Source: an uncultured Poribacteria bacterium
Lineage (GTDB): Bacteria > Poribacteria > WGA-4E > WGA-3G
Length of the DNA: 64,000 nucleotides
NCBI GenBank assembly: GCA_958296135.2
Contig: CATQHZ020000001.1
Location: 3,552,001 to 3,616,000, forward strand
Direction: 5' to 3'
Shown: positions 46,812 to 56,206 of the stretch, piece after piece
How the letters are laid out: each line of letters begins with the position of its first letter
Position numbering within the stretch: the first letter of the stretch is position 1
Translations under genes and position numbers: made by a program
Notes under the pieces: generated by a model
Database searches by the model: none
Seen by the model: the letters and a program-made list of their open reading frames with translations, nothing else
Told to the model about the DNA's origin: nothing

Positions 46812-47333
46812 TTACCGGAACCTCTCGCGCAACTCAAGCACTTTATAGGAACGCGCGTGGCAAAGCGCGACAGCAAGCGCATCCGCAGCGTGGTCTGGAC
46901 GAGGTACCTGCTTAAGCCGGAGCAACGCTTGGACCATCCGTTGCATCTGGGTTTTCGTGGCTCGCCCGTACCCCACTACCGCCTGTTTGATTTGCGATGG
47001 GGTATACGTTGTAACAGGACATCCCGCGCTCGCCGCCGCAAGCTTCACGATACCCTTGACTTCGCCGACAGCAAACGCGCTACTCACATTCTTGCTGAAG
47101 AAGATATCCTCAAGCACCACAACATCAATAGCGAATTCCGTAATCAGGCGCGCCACTTCATCGTGAATCTGTTTCAGGCGCGCTTCCGATGCAGTCTGCG
47201 CGCTCGTCCGAATGTTCCCGTAGGCACGCGAAATCGCCCGGTTCGCGTGGGATTCCACCACGCCGTACCCTGTATTCGCAATGCCCGGGTCAATACCAAG
47301 AATAATCAACGGTTTTGTGTCACGATGAGACAT
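46812..47333 (-). CDS. ruvC: Holliday junction resolvase RuvC
   Basis: LGIDPG, EDIFF, YTPSQIK, DHAADALA. Confidence 0.95.
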   Translation of the reverse strand: MSHRDTKPLIILGIDPGIANTGYGVVESHANRAISRAYGNIRTSAQTASEARLKQIHDEVARLITEFAIDVVVLEDIFFSKNVSSAFAVGEVKGIVKLAAASAGCPVTTYTPSQIKQAVVGYGRATKTQMQRMVQALLRLKQVPRPDHAADALAVALCHARSYKVLELRERFR

Positions 47334-47347
47334 CGCTCCTACCAGTG

Positions 47348-48094
47348 CTACGCGGCGGCCTCTAATAGGGCATCGGGGATGTCAAAGTTGGCATAGACTT
47401 TCTGCACGTCTTCCAGCTCATCAAGCGCTTCCATCAGCCGGAGCATCCGTTCCGCTTCCTTCCCTTCAAGTCTCACGGTGTTCCGCGGAATCATGCTGAT
47501 TTCAGCGAGGTGGATGTCGGCTTCCGTCGCTTGGATTGCCGTTAGGACGTTATCGAACATGTCAAAAGGTGTGACGATTTCGATGCCTGTCTCCGAGGAG
47601 CTGATATCTTCCGCGCCTGCGTCCGCCGCAATCATAAAGAGTTCGTCCTCATCAATGCTCTCCGGTCCGACGACGACGAGGCCGCACCTGTCAAACCCCC
47701 ATGCGACGCTGCCGCGTTCGCCCATTCTGCCATGGTGTTTACTGAAAGTGTGCCGGATTGCGGCGACTGCGCGATTGCGGTTGTCTGTCAACACCTCAAT
47801 CATTAGCGCGACACCGCCAGGGCCGTATCCTTCGTAGAGGATTTCTTCATAATCAGCCCCGCCAAGCTCGCCGGTGCCACGAAGCACCGCTTTCTCGATA
47901 TTATCGTTCGGGACATTGCTTGACTTCGCCATCGCAATTGCAGTGCGGAGCCGCGGATTCATGTCCACATCTCCGCCGCCGATGCGCGCTGCCGCGGTAA
48001 TCTCCTTCACCAATTTGGAGAAGAGTTTCCCGCGCCTAGAATCGTTCGCCGCTTTCTTATGTTTAATTGTCGACCATTTTGAGTGTCCTGACAT
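47348..48094 (-). CDS. yebC: YebC/PmpR family protein
   Basis: MSGHSKWSTIKHKK, YEGYGPGG, TDNRNR. Confidence 0.96.
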   Translation of the reverse strand: MSGHSKWSTIKHKKAANDSRRGKLFSKLVKEITAAARIGGGDVDMNPRLRTAIAMAKSSNVPNDNIEKAVLRGTGELGGADYEEILYEGYGPGGVALMIEVLTDNRNRAVAAIRHTFSKHHGRMGERGSVAWGFDRCGLVVVGPESIDEDELFMIAADAGAEDISSSETGIEIVTPFDMFDNVLTAIQATEADIHLAEISMIPRNTVRLEGKEAERMLRLMEALDELEDVQKVYANFDIPDALLEAAA

Positions 48095-48233
48095 AACGTG
48101 TATCCTTCCTGAATTATCGGTTTCAAGTTGCGTCGGAAATCGCGCCTACAAAATGAGTATAGCACAACGCGAAAAAAAATGCAACCCAAATCGCTGGAAG
48201 AAAATTAGCAGATTCAGTTCTCTTAGCTGCACG

Positions 48234-49292
48234 CTAAATTCTGCCCCGTTCCTCAAGCATTTTGACAGTTTGGATTGCCGCCTTTCTTGCGGCTTCGTTG
48301 GCGATGCGCTCGCTTTCCTCGCGCGCGGTTTGCGCTGCGACGCGTTTGCCTTCCTTGGCGGCCCGTTTTGCCACCTCGTTAGCCGCTTCGTGCGCTGCTT
48401 CGTTGGCGATGCGCTCGCTTTCCCGGGTCGCCTGCGCTGCGATTTCACTCGCTACCTGCTTGGCAACCTCACTCGCAGCTTGTATCGCTACCTCTCGCGC
48501 GATACGCTCGTTTTCCTGAGATGCTTCTCTGACGATGCGCTCCACGTTGCTGGTTGTCTGCGCGGCGATTTCGCCTGCAATCTCTTTCGCGACCTCGGCA
48601 GCTGCCACGCGAGCGGCTTCGCGCGCAATCCGTTCGTTTTCCTGCATCGTCTCATTTATCAGACGCTCGTTTGTCGCCATTGCAGCGTCAACAATGCGTC
48701 GGTTCTCGGCGGTTGCCTCGCTGACGATGCGCTCAGTCTCCTTTGTTGTTTGCGCGGCGATTTCACTCGCAATCTCTTTTGCGACTTCGCGAGCGACTTC
48801 GCGTGCAATATGCTCGTGTTTCTCCATCGCCTCGTCTATAGCGCGCCGGTTTTCGGCGATTGCCGCGTTTATTGCGCGTTCGTTTTTCTCCATCGCCTCG
48901 TCAACGATGCGCCTATTTTCAGCTATCGCCTCGTCAACGACGCGGTGAACTTCCATGAGCAACTCGCGCCGGAATAAATCCGCCTCCTGCCGCCATAAGG
49001 CAACTTCTTTTGTCAGGTTATCGAATTTCTCAGCCTGATTATCGAATTTCTCAGACAAATTCTGCTGAGAGTTTTCAATCCGAGTCAAGCGATTCTCCGA
49101 TTTCTCAGCCTGATTATCGAATTTCTCAGACAAATTCTGCTGAGAGTTTTCAATCCGAGTCAAGCGATTCTCCGATGCGTCGTCCCGCTTTTTGCGGCTC
49201 CACAGCCAGACGAGAAGTATCCCAATCCCAGTCGCAATCAGCGACGCGACGATAGGGAACACAAGATTGGTAAGTAACGGGTTAGAAAGCAC
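48234..49292 (-). CDS. Single-TM protein with long repetitive coiled coil
   Basis: GTG start after AAGGAGG; TM, duplicated 25-aa unit, ENRRIVDEAM and ERIAREVA repeats. Confidence 0.75.
   Translation of the reverse strand: MLSNPLLTNLVFPIVASLIATGIGILLVWLWSRKKRDDASENRLTRIENSQQNLSEKFDNQAEKSENRLTRIENSQQNLSEKFDNQAEKFDNLTKEVALWRQEADLFRRELLMEVHRVVDEAIAENRRIVDEAMEKNERAINAAIAENRRAIDEAMEKHEHIAREVAREVAKEIASEIAAQTTKETERIVSEATAENRRIVDAAMATNERLINETMQENERIAREAARVAAAEVAKEIAGEIAAQTTSNVERIVREASQENERIAREVAIQAASEVAKQVASEIAAQATRESERIANEAAHEAANEVAKRAAKEGKRVAAQTAREESERIANEAARKAAIQTVKMLEERGRI
49026..49175. repeat. 75-bp tandem duplication within the CDS
   Basis: tttctcagcctgattatcg...gattctccga occurs twice, 75 bp apart. 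Confidence 0.9.
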
Positions 49293-49326
49293 AAAAACAT
49301 CCTCCTTTTCAGTTAAACTTAACACA

Positions 49327-49355
49327 AGTATAACATAAAAAGGCACCGATGTCAA
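49327..49355 (-). promoter_or_regulatory. Sigma70 promoter
   Basis: TTGACA-17-TATACT on the minus strand. Confidence 0.75.
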
Positions 49356-49407
49356 GTCAAAAAAGTTTTTGTTGAATAAACCTCGCGACGTGTGGTAAAA
49401 TACTTAA

Positions 49408-49522
49408 TCGAGCGTCTAAGGGGTTTTTTGTATTATACCCAATTCATCTCTGGCATCCGAGCTTGCAACCCTCCGATGTTAGTGACATCGGGAGCTCGCC
49501 CAGGTCAAACTTAGGCGTTTTT
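49408..49522 (+). ncRNA. Candidate small structured RNA or leader
   Basis: TTGAAT-18-TAAAAT upstream; AGCGTCTAAG/CTTAGGCGTT closing stem, internal long hairpin, T-run. Confidence 0.35.
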
Positions 49523-49584
49523 GGCTTACGGAACCGAGATAATTTTCTAACGTAATTTGGTATAAGGACTCGCGCGGGACAGCC

Positions 49585-49617
49585 CCGGTAGGCGCGCTTT
49601 GAAAGCGCGCCTACCGG
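49585..49617. repeat. GTAG palindrome, family R2
   Basis: ccggtaggcgcgctttgaaagcgcgcctaccgg; relatives near 24503, 43878, 46085 and 52242. Confidence 0.85.
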
Positions 49618-49669
49618 CAGCGCAGGCGCGGAAGTCCTGTGTATCCTCTACGCTGATGAGTGGAGTGCT

Positions 49670-50476
49670 ATGTTACCTTTTGTGCTTAAATTTGCAGATA
49701 GCCCGGTGGAGAGCCTTCACCGGATTAACGCCGAGATGCAACGCGAGGGCCGGCGCGAGGCGCTCGATCTGGACATTGAGGTTGATGTCCAAATTGAACT
49801 TTATTCGCAGGAGATTGACGGTGCGCAGACAGCACAACAAATCTTGCAAGAAGCTACCGAAAGCGCATATCAGGAGTTTATCGGCTTCCTCCGAAGCGTC
49901 TCGCATCCCGTGGAATTTCTGCCTTTCGGATTGCTGCAGCAATTTTCCGGCCGACGCTACTGCCTCATACTGTCTACCGCCCGCTCGCACGAACTCTTTG
50001 ACATGTGCCACATGCAGCCCGACCCGAGGCACGCTGTTCTGCAATACGGCGGTTATGAACTTACCATCATCGCGAGAAGACACCTCGCGGATACGGAGGC
50101 GTTTTTGGTAGAACCGAAGAAGCACGCGCTTTTCATTCGCCAGGTCCGTGCCGAAGACACGATTCGCGTCTATCGCAGCAGTTTCATGAACCTGACCCGG
50201 GCAACACCTCCCCCATTCAGCCTGGATGCCCGCGAAATCATTCAGAACGTCCAACTGGAACTCGTAGGGCAAACAGAACGCGCCGTGCGGATAGAGCAAC
50301 TGCTGATGTTCCCACCGCCTGCTGAAGAGGCAACTGAAGCGCGCATCACCAACTGCCCTGAGTGCGGCGGACGCGTCAGACCGCTCGGCAAAGAACGGCA
50401 TTTCTGCTTGGATTGCGATTGGGATGATCTGCCGCTGCTAAAAAGAACCACATCGTGCCCGCCAGAAAATAATTAG
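49670..50476 (+). CDS. Hypothetical protein with C-terminal Zn-ribbon
   Basis: GGAG RBS; CPECGG...FCLDC. Confidence 0.65.
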   Translation: MLPFVLKFADSPVESLHRINAEMQREGRREALDLDIEVDVQIELYSQEIDGAQTAQQILQEATESAYQEFIGFLRSVSHPVEFLPFGLLQQFSGRRYCLILSTARSHELFDMCHMQPDPRHAVLQYGGYELTIIARRHLADTEAFLVEPKKHALFIRQVRAEDTIRVYRSSFMNLTRATPPPFSLDAREIIQNVQLELVGQTERAVRIEQLLMFPPPAEEATEARITNCPECGGRVRPLGKERHFCLDCDWDDLPLLKRTTSCPPENN

Positions 50477-50523
50477 GACACCCCTGATACATACCGGGAG
50501 GCGCGAGGCATATTCATAAATGG

Positions 50524-51141
50524 CTAATAATAGAACCGCGCTTTGACATAGAAAACGAGGGCTGTGTTGCCGACTGCGAGCACCGCGCCAACCACGGTCT
50601 GAAGCAGCGTATGCCGCTTCCGGTAAACCCGAGCCCAAGCAATCAACGGCACCAGCAGAAAGAGCCACCCACATTGAGAATTCACAAGCACGACAAGCAC
50701 GGTAATGCACGCTGTCGCAACACTACTGTGGAAACTGATTTTCCATATCGGTGTAATCGCTGAGAACACAACGCTATTCGCGATATAAGCGACACCCGCC
50801 CAGACAATATGGTGCTCCGCATCAATCCAATACAGGATAACCGTGCCGACAATCATGCTCGCCAACGTGAAGCAGAGGGGTAGCAGGCGTTCCTCCTTGC
50901 TATGGAGGTGCCAGTCGCTGACTTTTGACAACCGAAACAGCATCCCGATCCAGAGAACAGGCAACACGGTAACGAACATCGCTAGAATCGTCAGCCACAG
51001 CAGTGTCTCGTGCGAGGTAACCGCATATTTCTCAACAACGACTACCGTCGTCGCAATCAGCACGAAAAATGGGCTGAAGACGAGGGAGATGCCCCAAGCC
51101 ACCCGTTCACGAAATGCTAAGAGAGTGCTACGCGTCATCAA
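50524..51141 (-). CDS. PAP2-like integral membrane protein
   Basis: WKISFHS, WARVYRKRHT..Q motifs; about six TM segments. Confidence 0.75.
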   Translation of the reverse strand: MMTRSTLLAFRERVAWGISLVFSPFFVLIATTVVVVEKYAVTSHETLLWLTILAMFVTVLPVLWIGMLFRLSKVSDWHLHSKEERLLPLCFTLASMIVGTVILYWIDAEHHIVWAGVAYIANSVVFSAITPIWKISFHSSVATACITVLVVLVNSQCGWLFLLVPLIAWARVYRKRHTLLQTVVGAVLAVGNTALVFYVKARFYY

Positions 51142-52197
51142 TTACTTTGACGGTTCCAACGTCTTAAAAAATTCCACTAAATCGGCACCGTGGGTGGAGA
51201 CGTTCACCTCGGTGTCAATTTTCGCAATATTCCCGGCTTTGTCAATGATAACGGTTAACCGCTTGACACGCCCATCAGGTGCATCTGTCGCGCCGAAAAG
51301 GAGCGCGAGGTGGCGGTGTGTATCCACCAAAAGCGGGAAATTGAGTTGATTCTCTGCCGAGAATTTCTGATGGGATTCAGCATCGTTCAGCGTAATCCCG
51401 AAAACCTGTGCATCGTGCAGAGCAAGACGACTCGACTCATCACGGAGCGAGCAGACTTCAATCGTTCAGCCACGCCCGAAATCGCGCGGATAAAAGGCAA
51501 GCACGACGTTCTTTTTGCCACGGAACTTGCTCAACTGGCGCGTTTCGCCTTTGCCATCAGTTGCGATAAAATCGGGCGCCGGTTGGTCCACCTCAATTCT
51601 CGGTAGCACTGTCTTAAGCATCGCGACAACATCTTCACCGTGTGTTTTAACCTTGACATTTTTATCTATCGAGCGGATGTAACCCGCCTTGTCAATGATA
51701 AAGGTGACCCGGTTTGAGGCGTTAAACTGAGTCATAATACCGCTATAGCGGCCGCTCACTTTAGCCGTTGGATCTGCCAGCAAGGAAAAGTCTAACTTCA
51801 GTGAGTCCCGAAAACGCCGATGCGTTTCAACAGTGTCAAGACTCACACCGAAAACCACGGTGCCGGTCGCTTTTATCTCGCTCAAATTTTCCCGGAGCGA
51901 GTTAACTTCAGTTGTTCATCCACCAGTGAAATCTTTCGGGTAAAAGGCGAGCACGACGTTCTTTTTGCCCCAGAACTCGCTGAGCGTTCGCATAACACCA
52001 GTATCATCTGGCAGCGTAAAATCGGGAGCTATCATCCCTACTTCCAGGGACTGCGATTGCGCCGCTGCTGCCAACGCCTTTGAATTTTTCACGTCATCCT
52101 CCGCGAAGACGGTGGGGCTCCAGAGGCCCACTGTGGACACAATAGCCCAACAAACGGCCGAAAATTGGAGAGCCCTCCTCCAAAACTTTTGAAACAT
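51142..52197 (-). CDS. Exported tandem BCP/peroxiredoxin selenoprotein (two UGA-Sec)
   Basis: Three track ORFs share one frame, separated only by TGA at 51916-51918 (FYPKDFTGG-U-TTE) and 51466-51468 (FYPRDFGRG-U-TIEVC); SECIS-like hairpins follow both. Confidence 0.88.
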
Positions 52198-52491
52198 TTC
52201 CGATACCTCAAAAATAGATTGATTAGGACTGCCGGACATAAGCGCAGTTTCAAACCGCGCCTACCGGTTGATGTAACTCTTTGCATAAGCTGCAAAGAGC
52301 CCTATTAAAATGATACCACTTTTTTCTGTGGCTGTCAAGCGAAAAAACGAACCGCCCAGAACTATTTGGTTCTCCGCTGGGCCCTGTGAAGGACAGATTG
52401 CTATATCTGTCCGTTTGTTTTGCATGTCGGGCGGATAGAGACATCCGCCCTTACAAACAACAGACCGGCAATGGAAAACGGCACCACCGCG

Positions 52492-53355
52492 CTAACTTGA
52501 GATAACGCCTTGCTCCTCAAGCCAGACTTTCAACGGAACATCCGCGTCCTTCGGCGAAAAATGGCCGTTGGCATTCGTGCCGCCGCCAAGGAGTTGCTGA
52601 CGAATCGGGTCATTCCGTTCAAACATCTCCTTCGGAACGGTCATGTCGTCTTTGCTCCGCAGCCAGCGGTAGCCGTAGCCGTAGAAGAGCCCTTTGCGCG
52701 TGATGTCTGAATCGTTTTCGCTGCGCGCGTGCCAGATGCGCCGGTCGAAGAAAACCGCATCGCCGGGTTTGCAACAGACTGGGATGGCCCCTTCGGGGTG
52801 CGAACCGTCCATCGGCCGCTCCAAGGTATCCCACAGATGGCTGCCGGGAACGATGTAAAAATTCCCGCGCCCGATGTCTGAGCAGTCCGAAAGCCAATAA
52901 ACCACCTTGAGCGAGAGGCGGGGCCGCGGGGAACTTTCAATTTCGAGGTTGACACGTCCGCTATCCTGATGCCATCCGAGGGGTGTTGACTTACCGCGGC
53001 GTTCGGCGGGCCGCGGCGGCGTGATAATCAGATGGCTATGATACGAATAGATGTTCCACCCCAAAGTCCCCCACACCTTTGGGAACGTCTTATACCAATC
53101 CAGAATGTTGACGAAAAGCTGGTCTTTCCCGAGGAAATTGGGGTAGAAGAAATTCTTGTGAGGTGTCATCGGACTTTCGGTGTAGGGATCGTATCCCGCG
53201 TCCAGATGTTCGTTGTAAATCTGATCGACGCGCGCCTCTAAGCGCGCGACAAGGGGCGGCGGCAGCGCATTTTCAACGATGAAATACCCTTTCTCGTTCA
53301 GCCCTCGGCGCTGCTCATCGGTAATCTGATGTTGCAGATGGCGTTCGTCAAGCAT
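52492..53355 (-). CDS. Phytanoyl-CoA dioxygenase family protein
   Basis: GYFIVENAL, WHQD, VPGSH, PGDAVFFDRRIWH. Confidence 0.9.
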   Translation of the reverse strand: MLDERHLQHQITDEQRRGLNEKGYFIVENALPPPLVARLEARVDQIYNEHLDAGYDPYTESPMTPHKNFFYPNFLGKDQLFVNILDWYKTFPKVWGTLGWNIYSYHSHLIITPPRPAERRGKSTPLGWHQDSGRVNLEIESSPRPRLSLKVVYWLSDCSDIGRGNFYIVPGSHLWDTLERPMDGSHPEGAIPVCCKPGDAVFFDRRIWHARSENDSDITRKGLFYGYGYRWLRSKDDMTVPKEMFERNDPIRQQLLGGGTNANGHFSPKDADVPLKVWLEEQGVISS

Positions 53356-53370
53356 AGCTTCGTCCTCCTA

Positions 53371-54321
53371 TCACGGTAAAGGTCCTTCTATCTCATCGAC
53401 AAGACGAATGGAATGAATAACATCGCGGAGATCGGTGAGCGGCACGTTGCCATTGCGCACGCAATCAATGAAATGGCGATGCATCGTGAGCACGCCTTCA
53501 TAGTTCGACGTATCGCCCGGGTCAACGCCATCAACTTCCCAACCACCCATGACGCTTCGGTTGTTATCCTCGTAAATTTCGATTTCTTCCGGGATTTTCA
53601 TATAACAGCCGATGCCAACTCCGTGCAATTCGGAGCGGAGCACGCGGCCGCCGGAAGCCCGGTTCCCGAAGAGCACCCCCGTGACATTGTTATCAAACCG
53701 GACGAACGCCGTATAGCAGTTCCGCTGTTCTGCCCCGAACGTATCGCGATGCGCTGTGACTTCCACCGGTTCCCCGCCTGCCATGTAGCGCAGCAAATCC
53801 ACGACGTGACAGACATCGTTCCACAGCGTCGTCGTAAATTCGCGATTCTGTCCAATCATTTGCTTGTTGAATGTCGTTACAGCAAGCGAGACGGGGCCCT
53901 TCTCAGCGACGCGCCGCATCGCCTCGCGCGTTACGGCGGCGTACCGCCGCTGAAACCCAACCATGCAGTAGACATCGTTGGCGACAGCGGCTTCCAGCAA
54001 CTGCTGCGTCTCATCGCTCGTCGCACCCGGCGGCTTTTCAATAAACAGATGCTTCCCGGCGTTGAGGCAATCCAGCGCGGGTTGCAAAATCCACTTCTCG
54101 TTCATGACACAGTAAACGATGTCCAACTCTACCGTATCCAACATCTTCCGGTGATCGGTGAAGGACTGTGGGAACTCATATTTCTGCGCCACTTGGGCAA
54201 GCTTCGCCTCGTCAAGTTCACACGCCGCAAGCATCTCAACATCGTCCTCAAGCCGGTTGACGCTCGGATAATGCGCCCCCTGGCTGCGCCCGCCTGCACC
54301 GATAAATCCTGCTTTCAACAT
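53371..54321 (-). CDS. Gfo/Idh/MocA family oxidoreductase
   Basis: FIGAGG, FIEKPPG, VGFQRRY, DVCHVVD. Confidence 0.9.
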   Translation of the reverse strand: MLKAGFIGAGGRSQGAHYPSVNRLEDDVEMLAACELDEAKLAQVAQKYEFPQSFTDHRKMLDTVELDIVYCVMNEKWILQPALDCLNAGKHLFIEKPPGATSDETQQLLEAAVANDVYCMVGFQRRYAAVTREAMRRVAEKGPVSLAVTTFNKQMIGQNREFTTTLWNDVCHVVDLLRYMAGGEPVEVTAHRDTFGAEQRNCYTAFVRFDNNVTGVLFGNRASGGRVLRSELHGVGIGCYMKIPEEIEIYEDNNRSVMGGWEVDGVDPGDTSNYEGVLTMHRHFIDCVRNGNVPLTDLRDVIHSIRLVDEIEGPLP

Positions 54322-54412
54322 TGGGAGCGCCTCCTCATCTCAGATTATGATTTAATTTTAGCATATTGCCGAAAATATTTTCAAGCCAATTTTTGACCCG
54401 GGACAAAAAAAC

Positions 54413-54441
54413 TTGACAATCTTCACATTTTGTAATAGACT
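54413..54441 (+). promoter_or_regulatory. Sigma70 promoter
   Basis: TTGACA-17-TAGACT. Confidence 0.7.
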
Positions 54442-54499
54442 GGTTTATGGAATATGCACACCGGCTGTTTTTTTACAGCCAGCCCTTTGGAGGCACTCT

Positions 54500-56182
54500 A
54501 TGACGACACTACAAAAAAGCCTCATCGGCATCTTCATTTTTATCAGCATCTGTTTGGGATTGATGTGGCGCGCGGGACAAGTCGTCGCGGACGCTAGCCT
54601 CGTATGGTATAGCGTGATACCGCCATTGCTCGCTGTCACACTCGCTATTCTGACAACGCGCCTAATCTTAAGTCTCGGCATAGCCGTCGGCATCGGCCTT
54701 GGGCTTGCATGGACAAGACAGGATGTAACCGGCGGAATCGCGACCGGGAAATCGCTCCTATGGGAGATAGTGTGGTTCGCGCGCGAGGTTACCATCAAAA
54801 ACGAACCTAACATCGATCTCTTCAATATCTGGGTAATCTTGTTCGTCTTGCTTATCATGGCGACGATTGCTGTCGTAGTCGCATCGGGCGGTATTGCAGG
54901 CGTTGTGACGTGGCTGTCGCGGTTTGCCAAGGGGCCGCGCTCTACGCAAATCATCACCGCCGTGATGGGAATTGTCATTTTTATCGGCGATTATTCCAAC
55001 GCGATGCTCGTCGGCCCGACGATGCGGCCCCTAACAGATTATCATCGGGTGAGTCGTGAAAAGCTGGCCTATATCGTCGATTCCACCAGCGCGCCTATCG
55101 CAGGACTCGCCTTCGTCAGCACATGGATAGGCTATGAGGTTGGCCTTTTTAACGATGTCGCGAAATCCATAGGAATTGAACGCGACGGCTACTCCATGTT
55201 CTTTGACGCGCTCGGATTTCGGTTTTATTGCATTCTGACAATCATTTTTGTCATTGTCAACGCAATCAGTGGACGTGATTACGGCGCGATGCGGAAAGCA
55301 GAAGCGCGCGCGCGGGAGACAGGTGCCGTGGCTGAACCCGATGCCCAACTCGTCGGAGACACGACATCGTCGGAAATCGCGCCGAGTGCTGCCACACATC
55401 CGTTTTCAGCAGTGCTCCCGCTCCTAACGCTTTTTTCTTTGTTACTCGGCGGTTTCTGGGTAGATGGGCAGGGCACGGGCACCATCTTCTCCCTCACCGC
55501 ATGGCGCGACGCGCTCTCGAATGCCGATAACGTCAAGGTTCTCGCTATTGCCGCCGCTAGCGGATTCTTCGTCGCGATAGTTTGCGCACGCGGGCTATCC
55601 AACATGAGATTCGCGGATATCGGCACCGCCGTGTGGAACGGCGTGAAGTCTAGTTTTATTCCACTGAGTATCCTGTTGTTGGCTTGGGGATTAAAAGCGA
55701 GTTGCGATAGACTCATGACAGGCGCATTCCTCGCGGCGATGCTGCAGGATGTCGTCTCACCACTCTGGTTTCCCATCCTCGTCTTTACGTGCGCGTCCGC
55801 CTGCTCGTTTGCTACCGGCACCAGCTGGGGCACCATGGCGATTCTCATCCCCACCGCGATTCCGGTGGCATTCGCTCTTGATGGAAATATCTACGGCCTG
55901 ACGACAATCATCTGTTTAGGGGCCGTGTTAGACGGTGCCATCTTCGGAGACCACTGTTCCCCGCTCTCGGATACGACTATCCTGAGTTCTATCGCGAGTA
56001 ACTGCGCGCCGCTGCACCATGTCCGAACCCAATTGCCTTACGCGCTCACCGTTGCAGGCATCGCCTTCGTATGCGGATACCTGCCGGCGGCGTTGAACAT
56101 TTCTTCCGCTATCGGCATTGCGGCCGGCACGGGGCTCATTGTGCTACTGTTTTATGGGTTGTCGCGGCTGCGTTCGTCTTAA
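54500..56182 (+). CDS. Na+/H+ antiporter NhaC family transporter, copy 1
   Basis: SREKLAYIVDSTSAP, FATGTSWGT, GAIFGDHCSPLSDTT, HVRTQLPYA. Confidence 0.9.
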   Translation: MTTLQKSLIGIFIFISICLGLMWRAGQVVADASLVWYSVIPPLLAVTLAILTTRLILSLGIAVGIGLGLAWTRQDVTGGIATGKSLLWEIVWFAREVTIKNEPNIDLFNIWVILFVLLIMATIAVVVASGGIAGVVTWLSRFAKGPRSTQIITAVMGIVIFIGDYSNAMLVGPTMRPLTDYHRVSREKLAYIVDSTSAPIAGLAFVSTWIGYEVGLFNDVAKSIGIERDGYSMFFDALGFRFYCILTIIFVIVNAISGRDYGAMRKAEARARETGAVAEPDAQLVGDTTSSEIAPSAATHPFSAVLPLLTLFSLLLGGFWVDGQGTGTIFSLTAWRDALSNADNVKVLAIAAASGFFVAIVCARGLSNMRFADIGTAVWNGVKSSFIPLSILLLAWGLKASCDRLMTGAFLAAMLQDVVSPLWFPILVFTCASACSFATGTSWGTMAILIPTAIPVAFALDGNIYGLTTIICLGAVLDGAIFGDHCSPLSDTTILSSIASNCAPLHHVRTQLPYALTVAGIAFVCGYLPAALNISSAIGIAAGTGLIVLLFYGLSRLRSS

Positions 56183-56206
56183 CATTCAACACACTAGAAA
56201 CCAATT

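Noticed and set aside
47874-48977. Long antisense ORFs (also 27819..29009, 37705..38682, 53413..54396)
   Set aside because: Shadow frames opposite well-supported genes.
48234-49292. RNase Y (rny)
   Set aside because: No KH or HD domain.
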